The notes beneath the pieces were generated by a model, which was not told the origin of the DNA, made no database searches, and was given only the letters and a program-made list of their open reading frames with translations. Below are positions 50,101-62,700 of a stretch of DNA of 64,000 nucleotides, piece after piece (positions within the stretch are counted from its first letter, which is position 1; every line of letters starts with the position of its first letter). Position numbers and translations under genes: made by a program. Source of the stretch: Azolla caroliniana (lineage: Eukaryota > Plantae > Polypodiophyta); assembly GCA_043228905.1 (NCBI GenBank), contig JBHGNT010000016.1:16182001-16246000 (forward strand), read 5' to 3'.

Positions 50101-51700
50101 TGAAAGAGCTTTACCAGACTTATTATTCGATTGAATGGTTATTGCTTATTGTAAATTTTGAACAATATGAATTGTTAAATTTTGACGTAATATATAAGTT
50201 GAACTTACTTATAATTTTCGTGTAACAATCATTGAACTTAGAAATTAAGTATACTTGTATGTGTACATGTTATCTAAACTCTCCTTTATCATTTGGGGTA
50301 TATCGGAGATAAGTTTATACTCTATCATTTACTCGTATGATTGGAATTTTATTGTAGACTAGTTACTTTATACATTGACAGTGTCATGTATCACGTGTCA
50401 ATGGAAATTTTCTCTTGTCATAGTAGTATCTCTTAATTGCAAGGTTCACAATTTGCTTTAAGATGTATTATATTTAAATATACACACACAATTAGAAGAA
50501 GTCACTTACTCAATGGGGCATGCTTTTTAGAATATGCACAAGGACCCGTGTTACTATTATACTTGTGTTGACAAATACACCCTTGTCTAAGATTTGGACA
50601 AAAACATGGTAGATAGAATATACGTCGGATGATTTTGTTGACGTGATATTAGTTAGTTCTTTTTTTCGCTATGTTTTCATAAACCACATACACATGTGTC
50701 GTGCCTTGTTGAAATTCTGCTTAAATAAGGCATTTTTTAACATCTCACTAAGATATGAAAAAGAGAATGCGACATATTACCTGTTTCAAATGACCCGGTG
50801 TTCAAACCCTAACTCGTAGGTATCTATCCCTTTCAAAGCTTCAAAAGCTTCTCTGTTTTGTCTCTCTTCCTTTCTGTTGCACTCTTCTTTCTTTGTTTTC
50901 TCACGCTGAACTTTTGATCTATGTCACTCGCACAACCACTACTATGTTAGCTCTCTGTCGTTCTCTGTGTTGCTCTTCTCTTGCAACACGTTGTCTAACA
51001 CCTCACACACTCACTTACTCACTTAAGTTCAGTTTCATACTTTTTACACTGTTTTTACTCTCAGTGAGTTATCCCACATACATGCGCACTAATATAAAAG
51101 TCACTGTATATATACTAACTCATCTTGTTCGTTCGAACTTGTATTCAGTTGACTTTCATTCGAGCGAATCCCATTTCGGCTTTCTGATTGAATTCGGCCA
51201 ACCGACTCTCATTTCGGATTTTCGGCCGATTTTGGTCAGCCAACTCAATTCAGCTTCTTAGCCAATTTCGACCAACCGACTCGAGAGTCGGCTTTTCGGT
51301 CGATTCCCCCACAAGGAGGGAGAATCTTGCATAACAGATACAAGGACATTTTGGGACATATGTTGCATTTTGGGTATTAAAAAGAAGGAGAAGAAGGCAT
51401 ATTAAAAAGTGAAAACTAAAAGTCGCCGATTGAGGTAAAGACCAAAAGTAGCATGTTGGCCGAAAAAGCACAGGAATTTAAGTATGAAAAAGACGGCAGA
51501 CCAAAGGCTACAATTCGATGTTGATAACCCATGCTCTCTCTCTCTCTCTCTGCTGTGAGGTCGCCTATGGAGCTACGTATGTAACTGTTTCTATTTTCAA
51601 CGGAGATGACCCACAGAATTACGTGGTTCGTTTGCTGCTTGGCAACAATATTCAATTTCATCATCTGCATCACACACGTGCATCCCGTGGATCCATCCCT

Positions 51701-51725
51701 CTATTATAAATATATATATATATAT
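51701..51725 (+). promoter_or_regulatory. Probable TATA box of the GDSL gene
   Basis: CTATTATAAATATA lies about 65 bp upstream of the ATG at 51773. Confidence 0.5.
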
Positions 51726-51772
51726 ACACATAAACCAAGCCATACAAAACCTGGAAGAAACGACAGTAAAAA

Positions 51773-54285
51773 ATGGAGGACCGCCAGATCAGGAGCCATA
51801 CTCTGCCGCTCCTGAATATCCTCATGCTTCTATTATTATCGCCACTACCCTCCATCTTCACACTGCGTGTGAATCCATCAAGTGCTGCCCTATCTCTTGT
51901 CAATGATCGCACGACACCGCCTTTGGAATCGGTCCACTTGAACTTGTTAGATACACCATCAGGAGGAGGAATTGGGGAGTCTAGTGGTGGCATTCCGGCG
52001 CTGTTCCTCTTCGGTGATTCGTTGTGTGATACCGGAAATGGGCCGTTCGTGAACCATCCTCGAGCCACAAGTCTTCCGTTTGGAATGACATTCCCTGGCT
52101 ATCCTATCGGCCGCTTTTCTGATGGTCGGGATATTGTCCCCGACTTCCTTGGTAATTATTCTAATGTAAGAGTAAGAGTGAGAATTTCTATGCTGTTTTG
52201 ATACCTTTTAAATTTGCAGCAGCAGCAGGAGGATCTTTCCACATACATGACATATATATATGTATATATCTGTATATATATATATGTATATATATACATA
52301 TATCTGTATATATATATGTATATGTATGTATATATCTGTATATATATATATGTATATGTGTGTGTGTATATATACATACATATACATGGACAGAGGGAGG
52401 GAAACCGAAATATTGTATCATGATTTGTCGATCCATGCATATTAAATCTATGTTGTATATTATTGTGTAGCTGTCCATTTGGGCCTTCGGCCTCTAAATC
52501 CATGGCTCAACGTGTTCCTCGACTTTGATCAAGGGGCGAACTATGCAATCCCAGGGGCAACCGCATTGGCGTCCATAACACCCTTTGCGCTCGGGAAGCA
52601 AATCTCGTGGCACCTTGACCTTGTGGAGGAGGTTTACAATAGATCATCACCATCACATTTGACATTACCAACAAGGAGGACCACCAAGGCCCAGCCTCGA
52701 AAACGGCTACCTACTGTTCAATCACTCCACGATGCGCTCTATGTCATACAGATCGGGGGGTTGGACTACAGAACTTATTATTCAGACCTCAATTATCCTC
52801 CAGAGTTTGTGAGTGATACAATTGTTCCCCTCGTTGTCGAGGAAATACGAGCTGGATTGGAGGTACTAACTTAGTGTCTACGAATTTTGTTTTAAGTTAT
52901 TACGTAAGTATGCAATAAATGAACACCCATTAACAATTGCTTAATATGCTTTTGGTACTGTAACTGCATTGGTCAAATAAGACACTCTACTATGAAGGCC
53001 ATGCCAGGAAATTTGTTCTCGCCGGGGTTGGAGCTCAAGGCTGCGCCTCCAGCCAATTGGCAATTTTTAGTAATCTCACCAAAGACTCCCGTGGTTGTAT
53101 TAAATCTATCAATGATATCATTTGGAACAGTCGCCAACAAATGCTTGCGATGCTCAATGACCTTCATGACTTGCACCTCGATGCTAATTATACTTTTGTT
53201 GATTACTACTCTGCCACTCACTATATCATCGACCATGCTGACCAATTCGGTATTTCTTTTAAATCCACACATCTCAAAAAATATATGTATTCGTGATTGT
53301 GTAGGTAAATAAATTGAAACAGATTCTGTGTCACTGCACTCGAACTAATGTTGTCTTTGAGATCTCATAGGCTTACAATTTGGCCCTAAAGAGATGCATT
53401 CTCTACAACGAAAGGAGTGAGATCCATGCAAGCTTATGCAACTATGAACAAATCAAATTCACTATCTAAAGAAAAGAAAAAAATCACAGATCCAAAATGA
53501 AAAAACTCCTATAGACAAGAAATGGTGTGATTTAATTATTGATTTAATTATGTTTCAATGGAAACAGAAGATATGCACCTTTTGAGAAAAAATCGATCTG
53601 AGAAAAACTTCATATTTCATTCCAATGTCAATGAGTGTCCATTAGTGTCTATCTAGTCCTTGAACATTGATAACATATGCATACTTCTTTAGTGGTGGGT
53701 TCATAGTTTGCCGAATAGTTGTTAGCAATTGTGATGCCATCTATACTCATGACTTAGCTTAGGAATTAGCGAGATTCTATATTTCTGGAAAGAAAAAGGG
53801 TCACTTTGCTTGGTTGTGAATGACCATTGTTTGATGATAAGTACCCCTCAAGTATTAGGTAACTAGTGTGACTAGTTTTTCACACATCCAAATGATAGTT
53901 GGGTATCATGTGAATACGAGAAAGTCATTGACCACAACCTCTTATTAAAGGAATTGAATGTAGCACAATGAATTTAAAGAGTATTGTTATTCAAATGTAC
54001 TAACTACCTTAATTTGTGAATCTCATTGTAGGGTTCACCTATCCCTTCGATGCGTGTTGTGGTGCTGGACCTACATATCCATACGGATTTAATTCTCCAA
54101 GTTTCATTTGCTCAAATGAGACAGAAGCATTGTATGTGTGCCCAAACCCTATTAACTTCATCAATTGGGATGGTGTTCATTTCACAGATAGCTTCAATTT
54201 CCAAATGTTTAACCACACATTCTTAACTGGATCCTTTATGTATCCCATTGATGGATTAGGTACCACAAGTGCGTCGCAAAAATGA
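51773..54285 (+). CDS. GDSL/SGNH esterase-lipase, secreted, 4 exons, about 430 aa
   Basis: Exons 51773-52151, 52471-52862, 52982-53249 and 54032-54285 join in frame (1293 nt) at GT-AG introns. Hydrophobic N-terminus; motifs [39 protein letters not shown]. Confidence 0.93.
52250..52387. repeat. Compound (TA/TG)n microsatellite in GDSL intron 1
   Basis: Directly visible dinucleotide run. Confidence 0.95.
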
Positions 54286-56273
54286 ATAAATAGATAATGT
54301 TGTCACAATAAAAGTTTATCGATAAATGTTGTAGAACATTCACATGTTTTTTTTATAACAATCGTTCTTCTACCATCTCATGAAATGAAGAATTTGTTTC
54401 AAAATTTATTTAGGAGTTTATAAGTTAGCAATATGACGCTTGTAAGTTTAATAATAAAGCAAATGATCATAGTGCTACTTTAGGAAATTTGGATCTGTTC
54501 AATAGTACAAAAAGCTCTTCTTGAACATTTCTAATTGTGTCAACAATATGGCATTAAGTGACCATTGAAAATTGTCAAGGATTTACCTTTAGGCCTAATA
54601 ATATACAATGTTTTCAAGTGACAAATCTTAAAATCTTAAACTGCACCAAAATAGGCTTCCTAAATTTCACTCCAAACCATCACATTGAAAATTATTGCCA
54701 TGGTGTTTGGATTTCACAATGAAAGCTATCATAGTGATGGATCTATAGAAACTAATTTGGAAGTGAAAGAAACATGACAATTTAAAGTAATTATGGAAAG
54801 GATGATGTTTGTTCTTATAGTGAATGAAAAGTGTTGACAGTATTCTAACTTGTACATAAAATTGTTTTGTTCAAATAAAACTCTGAAATTTAGTTTTAGA
54901 GAAGAAAAAGAAAACCTTAACTTTAGAATAAGACAAGCCTTCTCCCCTAACAATTCTTCGAATAAAACACTATTTTAATTAAAAACATTAGTTTGAGCAA
55001 ATTTTGAACTCAAAAATCTCAACCAAAACTAGTAAAGTAGTGGGGTAACTCGTTTTTAGTTAACATTCAAGTATGCAATAAGCAACATTTCTTGCAAATC
55101 ATTGAGAACATTTGGTGTACTCTCTAACTCATCACAATATAACTAACATTGATTGGGGCTCATAGCTAACATTGTGCATCAATGTAAAAGGATTATATCG
55201 ATTTGACATAATTTTAGAGTTCTAGAAAGAAACTCTAATGAAAGGGCATAATGTTGTGTGTTTTTCACTTCCTAATGTAGGTTTGTGTACATCCTCCATA
55301 ATTTAATTCTCTTGTTTAATTTAACCATAAAAAGAAAGATTATCCGAGGAACTTATGCTCAATGTAGTTTCTCAATTTGGATCTCTATCTTTGTAAATAT
55401 TATGTAGCTGCAAAAGAAAGCAGAGTGTCAACATTGTACGAGCAAAATCCCCAAATATTATGTAGCTAGAAATAATACTCTCCCGTTTCAAGATTAATTC
55501 TTTGTCCTCTCATTATGAAGAACGTATAAGTTCTTTGTCAATATTGTTATGGAGAAACTGGCAGTATGCTTGTTGATGAGCAAGGAGAAGATTTTTTTTG
55601 TCGTCCAACTATGTTTGGCTTTGGTAAAGATAAAGAGAGGGATGGAGCTCAATGTTCCTTGATTAGACAATAAAGGGAGATTTTAATTTGAATAATTCTC
55701 GTTTTTCCTATGAAACCTTATGAATTTGACAAGAGCTTATGACTTTTTATACTACTATTAATGAAACAGGAGTAGCAAATTCTAAATTGAAACTTTTGTA
55801 TCTAACTGTTCTCTATTTTACAACATCCAATTTTGAATTGGGAACTCTACATGAAGCCATGTGAATTGTACTCAATGCAATCCATCTTTGTTCTACAAAA
55901 GGTAAGGATCTATTGGTAACATAAGATATATTTTGCAAAAATGCCCTATCGTGTAATCATTTATAGACATCAAGTGGGGCAAATATCCTTGCACCAAAAT
56001 ACCAATGCCAAAAAAAATGGGTTTCAAATAGAGAGAAACATTTTTTCTTGAGAATAAAATTAATTTCAAGTTTCAACATGAGATGTGTGATTCAGACTCT
56101 CTATTTTCAATCCTAGCATCAACATTAAAATAGCAAAAACAAGGAAGTTGACTAATATTACTGGCTTGTTTAAGTTTATGTTGGAACCATTATAATGAGT
56201 GTCTGTCTGTGCCCCAGTTGACCTAGAGCAGAAGCAAATTATAGGCACGAACCAAGTGACTGAGTCAAATCGA

Positions 56274-56600
56274 AAACTTGATCCCAATATGTCTCAATTT
56301 CCCAATAAAAGGTTCAATATCTCTCAATGGGGACATTTTGAATCATCACTTGCTAATGAAAGATGCTTCACCCATTAGAGATTTTCAAACTCTCTTTAAT
56401 AAAACATTTTCATCACATGCACACTCCTTAACTTTCGTAGGTATGCCCTATGGAAAACCTGACCCCAATATGTCTCGATATCCCAAGAAAAGGTTCAATA
56501 TCTCTCAATGGGGACATTTTGAATCATCACTTGCCAATGAAAGATGCTCCACCCATGGGATATTTTCATATTCTCTCTAATACAACGTTTTGCCACATAC
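56274..56600. repeat. About 181-bp tandem duplication
   Basis: CCCAATATGTCTC..AAAAGGTTCAATATCTCTCAATGGGGACATTTTGAATCATCACTTGC at 56283 and 56464. Confidence 0.9.
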
Positions 56601-56743
56601 ACAGTCCCTCTTAATTGGGGATTGAATCATAATTGGGAGGTTTGTGCTTATTTTTTGATAAATTGATGGTAGGCATGAAAGGATTTAGGGCATGTATATC
56701 TTCGTCTTTAAACTTAGGCCCAATTCTATTTGTTTGGAGCTAA

Positions 56744-57208
56744 GAATTGGCGACGGTTCAGGTCGGTTTGAGAGGGCCAAAATAGAATTGTTACAATTTT
56801 TTGAAACATGAACCAAACTTAATCGAACCAAACCACGAAACCCGGAACCGTTAAAAAAATTTAAACCATTAAAACAACGGGTTCAATTTCAACTTATGTT
56901 AAAATTCAAAATTTCAAAATTCAAAGTTTTAAACATTAAAATATTTCATTATTTTAATGTTTAAAATTTTAAAGATTTTCCTAAAATGTGCGAATAAGGT
57001 CTAAAAATGAAAAGATTGTGTACAAACGAATTTTTGAAATTTTAAATTTATTTTTTAAAAAGTTTAAAAATATTAAAAATTAAAAAAACATCATTGGACC
57101 AAACCGAACCATTTAAAAAAATCAAAGCTTGAAGTGAACTTAATAGTTTAAACCATTAAGCAACAGTTTCATGGTTTGGTTCGGTTCAAACCAAGCTGCT
57201 GCCGACTG
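56744..57208. mobile_element. MITE-like non-autonomous element
   Basis: Imperfect inverted ends, AACCGAACC/GGTTCGGTT subterminal motifs and an AT-rich core. Flanked by TTRTTTGGAGCTAA direct repeats. Confidence 0.6.
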
Positions 57209-57609
57209 TTATTTGGAGCTAATCCCTAAGTTAAACTCCCATTTAACTGTCTCCAAATGAAGACCATTGCTAGAGGTAGAAATTTAGAAATCTAATAATG
57301 TTTCAAGATTTTTCACCACACAATGAAGATGCACATGAATTTATATGAACAATAAATTATATGCATATGACCTCTAATTGTACACAAGCTGGGTATGAAT
57401 AAGATCTTCATATGGTTTAAATGCACATGTTAAGCATTTAACAATGTTTAATTCGGACAACATAAAAACTGAAGTGTTAGATATGAACAAGTAATCCTAA
57501 ACCTATGTAGATGCAGATATATGTGTATGACCTATATATTACCACTATTTTGTTGAATGTATATGTGTATGACCTATATATTACATCCATACCTTAAATT
57601 TATTTATGT

Positions 57610-59700
57610 TTGAATGCAAGGTTTTTGAAAAAGAATACGCTTGTGGAAGCTAAAGTATGTTGGTTAAGCTGGGTAATAACAGAGAATAGAAAAACACAGA
57701 TTCAACGGAAGCTTGAGAGTACTTAGCATACGCGGGAGAGACAGAGAGAGCAGAACATCAAAACTAGATTAATAAATAACTCTAACAATACTCTGTACAT
57801 ACAACGTGCTTACATAGCACTATTTATACAAGTCCTCAAAACAACTGATAGAAGTACTATGTACTTCAATGCTCATACGAGCGATTGACACTAAGTATGA
57901 GGACTCTAACTACCTAGTAGTCTAGAAGCGTAGCCCCCTAGTAGCCTTCCGATTCACGCTTGAGTCCGGCTCACCGATACCGGCTCTTGGTTCCGAATAT
58001 CATCCGGATACCGATTCGGGTATTGATCTGGTTCAGGCTTATACAGCCGATCCAGATCCGGTTGAACTTGCCCACTCAACACTCCCCCTCAAGCTGAACT
58101 TGAGGTCGGATCGTTGTGTCATTGTCTTCAATAACTAATACTTCCATCCAGCTCCTTCTGGTGTCCTCCCGCCTTGCTCGCACTCCTCGTCCGATAGAAT
58201 TCCGCTTCCCACGACCCTTCTGGTTTTGTGCATCTCGACCTCCTCGGTCAGTTTGTCTGCTCAATAGGCCCATCTTAGCTCCTTCGCTACTGCAACTCCA
58301 GTGCGTGTCGACCCATCGATTCCTCTGTGTCGGCGTCGATCAGGATTGGGGTCGACACCTCAATCTAGAGGTCTTGCATCAGTTGTGGCAAATGGCTTCT
58401 TAGGTGGCAATGGTAGCACCCTAGTATTCAGCCTCAGTGCTCGACAGAGCCACTATTAGCTGCTTTTTGCTCCTCCACGCAACCGCCGTGCGACGAAGAG
58501 AAAACATGTAACTGGAGGTGGATTGGCGATCCAATGCATCACCAGCCCAGTCGGCATCTGTGTAACCGACTAAGCTTCCCAGCTATACCATGCTGGTATA
58601 ATAGTCCCCGGTCCTTCGTGCCGCACACATAACGGAGTATCCCGTGTTTACACTAAAGATGTTGCACAATCGGCTTCTACATGAATTGGATAATCATTCC
58701 GGTTGGATAACTGATGTCAGGTTGGGTAATTCTCAAGTATATAAGGCTTCCGAAAATTTGTCTGAACCGTTTCTCATTGCAAGTCGGTCCAGAGTTAGGA
58801 CGTACCTTCAGGTTTCGATATAGGGGTGTGGAGATCGCTCTGCATTCCATCATGCCAAACTTATATAGCATATTCAACACAAAACTCGTTGTGAGAGCAA
58901 TATGTCATCGGGGGTTCGGATCACTTTGATCCCAAGAAAAAAACGAAGGTCCCCCAAATCCTTTCAAATGCTTCTGATAGCCGGGACTTCACGCGGCCGA
59001 TTACATCTATCCCGGGTCCGGTGATGACTAGATCATCTACATAAAGTACGATACAAACCAGACCGTCCAGACCTTTCCGGATGAACAATGATGAGTCGGA
59101 CTTTGAGGCCACAAACCCCATCTTATGCAACCGGTGTGTAATTTTTGCATTCTATGCTCGAGGGGCTTGTTCAGACCGTAAAGCGACTTCTTGAGTTGGC
59201 ACACTGCTGACTTGTTCATCTCCGATTGAAAACTGGGGGTTGGATCAAATGTACTCGTTCTTCAAGGTCTCCTTGAAGAAATGAATTCTTCACATCTATT
59301 TGGTGAAGATGCCATCCCCTTGCCGCAGCAACCGCCAGTACCACACGAAGCATCGTCATCTTCGCTACCGGAGAGAAGGTCTCGTCCTAGTCGATTTCGT
59401 GGGTCTGTGCATATCCCTTCATCACTAACCGAGCCTTGCGCTGGTTAACCGAACCGCCCACATTGTACTTTACCTTGTACACCCACTTACAACCGATTAG
59501 TTTACATTGTCGGGAAGGGTCAACAAGGTCCCAAATGTCGTTGGCATCAAGTGCCCGCATTTCTTCCACCATAGCAGCATGCCAATTTGCGTTTTTTGTT
59601 GCTTTTGCATAGGTCTCCAGCTCATATAGTGATGCGCAATGTACTCATTGTATCCGTATCTCTTTACGGGGTTCTTTTGGCGGGTTGATCGACGTAACCT
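57610..59700 (-). mobile_element. Decayed Ty1/copia 3' part (RT, PPT, LTR)
   Basis: IGCKWVYKVK, VLYVDDLVI. PPT complement CTCCCCCTCAAG at 58082. LTR ends CAACA at 58081; its left edge is approximate. Confidence 0.8.
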
Positions 59701-62700
59701 TGTTAGATATAATCAATGATCAGGACCAAGTTGTTAATCTATCCCCATATGTGCTCTTAGAGTGCACATTTTGTGATAGCGCCCCAAATGAGGAGCAGCT
59801 AGTGTGTAACTCGACCATATGGGTCGATAAGGTGTTAATCTAGGAAACCGTAGATGCGTAGGACACAATGTATTTAGGAAAGAGAGAAATAGGTAATAGG
59901 ATTGGCTAATCAAGCCAACTAGAATATTTTGTGGGCAAGTTACGATGTACTTAGTCTTGAAGTATGCGTCATTGACTTCAAGATATGTACTAGCTTGTAC
60001 CTAGGGAGTTGGGTCATATTAAATGACAAGTCAGTTGACAGAAAAGGAATATCTCCACTACTATCAACTGACTTGCACATTTAATGTTATACTTAGACCA
60101 AACATAGAAAGCAATCCACTTTCTTTTCACGGTGGTTGGCTTGATTATTTGTCCCCACTAATTTTGTAGTGAGCTAGTCCATATCCTATCTAAGCTCTAA
60201 GGTGTGAGTGCATGGGAAAACTACCATTGTGACCTACTCTCATATGTAATAGAAGTTTTGTTTTCATATATCCCATCTCTGTAGTTGTAACTCTATATAC
60301 CTATCTAATCGATTCTCAATATTTCTAACATGGTATCAGAGCTGAGAGGTTGATCTAGATTAGGTATATATGGGCAGTTGTTGTCTAACTGCAGAGAGAA
60401 ATAGAGAGAGAGAGTATCAATGGCCTTGTCCACGAATGTTGCAGCTGCTCCACTGCGCATTCGCCTAACTCCATTGTCTGACGGAAAGCCAGATGGAACC
60501 AACTACACTCTATGGAAGTTCAAAATGTCTGCCATTTTGGACTCCTACGAGTTGTTGGAGACAATCATGGGACCCACAGGAGGAGACCATGAGCCCATGG
60601 CGACCTTTGACCCTGCACACCCTACCACATCAATCCCTCCAAATGTTGATCTACTTTGAGCCTGTGTACCATAGTCACTGGTGTATTTGACTGTGTACTA
60701 ACATTAGTGCAACATACAACTCGGGCACATGAAGCTTGGAGCATATTGGCCAGCCAATATGAGACCAAAAACTATACAAGGATACAAAACCTTGAAAATC
60801 AGCTTGTTGTAGAGAAGCTCGCCGATGGAGAGAAAGTAGAATCCTTTGTAAAAAGGATTAAGGATCTTAAAGATCAGCTGGTGGCTGTTGGAGTAGTCGT
60901 CTCTCAAGAGGTGCATTCGAATACTTCCTTTCAAGTATGATGGCATTGTGACATGATTGAACACTCAGGTTTGACCCACTCCTTTAAAATTTGATGAACT
61001 AAGTGCAATGCTGCTTGTAGAGGAGCTTCGGCTGAAGACAAGAGAAGGAAGGGAAGATTCGGCATTTGTCTCTAGAACTAAGGGTAAAGGGGCATCCAAT
61101 TCAAACAATGCGAATAGGATACCAAAGAAGAAGAAGTTCAATGGATCGTGTTTCTATTGTGACAAGAAGGGTCACACAATCAAGGATTGCCGGAAGAAGA
61201 TGGCGGACGAGAAGAATGGTTCTTGGAGAGAGCCCGAGTCCGCCAACAACGTCGTAGATGAGCTTGAGTTATGGGTCACAACTGAAGAAGTGTGTTCCTC
61301 AATTGACACCCAAGTTGTCAACGACTCTTGCATTCTCGATAGTGGAGCGTCCTGACATATGACCAGTAATTGTGACTGGTACAACTCTTGGACACCTCTA
61401 CAAGAGCCCATCAATGTTGTGGTTGGGAACAATGCTCGATGTCCAGCCAAAAGAATCGGAACTGTCTCCCTTAAAGCAATGACCGGCGGGACAAAGCATC
61501 TCTCTCAAGTGTTGTACGTGCTAGATCTCAAGAAGAATCTATTGTCCATTTCCACACTGACCGACAAGGGTCTTGATGTTCGATTCAAGAAGTTGGGTGT
61601 AGAAATAACAGATTCTGTTGGCAAGGTTGTAGGAATAGGGGTAAGGCACAACAATCTCTATGAGATGAGCGCATTTACCATTTCTACTGATCATAACACA
61701 AGTACTAACACAAAGCAATGGCATGAGAGATTTGGGCATCTCAATGTTGCTGTATTGAAGGAGATGAAGAAGTTGAATATGGTAGTTGGGTTGCCAACCC
61801 TATCTGACTTAAGTCATGTTTGTGATGCTTGTATGATGGGCAAGCATCAAAGATCAGCTATTCCAAAAGAGAGTCAAAATCGGACAAAGAATCCTCTACA
61901 GCTAATACACATCGACCTCTCTGGAAAAATGGTGACTCCTACAATGGGTGGATCTCTCTACTATATGCTACTAGTCGACGACTTCAGTAGAAAGATGTGG
62001 GTTTACTTCTTTCGAGAGAAGGTTGAATCTTTTAAAATCTTCAAAAGATGGCATAAGTTTGTTGAGCGAGAGTCCGGAAAGTTAGTGAAGGAATTACGCT
62101 CTGATCGAGGTGGAGAATTCTTATCAATAGAATTCTGTGAGTATTGCAAAGAGCATGGAATTACGCGCCAACTTAAAACTGCCTATACCCCACAACAAAA
62201 TGGTGTTGTCGAACGTCGAAACCAAACAGTTGTCGAGATGGCTAGGTGTATGTTGAAGGCGCAAGCGCTACCTGACCCATTCTGGGCTGAAGCAGTGAAT
62301 ACAACAGTTTACATCCTCAATCAGAGCTACACAAAGGCACTTCAAGGGAAAACACTGCACGAAGCTTATTCAGGCTAGAAACCTTCAGTGCTGCACTTTA
62401 GAACCTTTGAGTGTACGTGCTATGCACATGTTCCAGATGTGGGCAGAAAGAAGTTGGATGCTAAAAGCAAGAACTGTATCTTTCTCAGATATAATGAAGA
62501 GTCAAAGGCCTATCGACTCTACGATCCAGAGGCAAGAAAGATATTGACAAGCCGCGATGTGGTGTTCGATGAGGAACAACGACAACTAGCTGAGAACTGC
62601 GATTCTCAAGTTATCTCATCAATTGAAGAGATATTTTACCCAATCCCAACCAATTTTCCAAAAAAGAAAGTTGAACCATCTGATGGTAATGGTTCACTAG

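Larger units (their letters stand above)
46901..50800 (+). mobile_element. Candidate TIR DNA transposon, copy 2 (internally deleted), with 35-bp terminal inverted repeats
   Basis: CACCGGGATATTTGAAACAGGTAATATGTCGCATT (46901-46935) matches the reverse complement of 50766-50800 at 33 of 35 positions, and AA/TT extends the match outward. It contains the palindrome array and methyltransferase exon remnants. Confidence 0.88.

Noticed and set aside
50804-50812. AAACCCTAA telomere-type motif beside the right TIR
   Set aside because: Single copy. Such telo-box words are common in plant DNA and LTR leaders.
52156-52503. Several Y/I/M-rich ORFs
   Set aside because: They are translations of an intronic TA microsatellite.
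55300-55900. Coding-like stretch downstream of the GDSL gene
   Set aside because: Short interrupted frames with no recognisable family or splice pattern.
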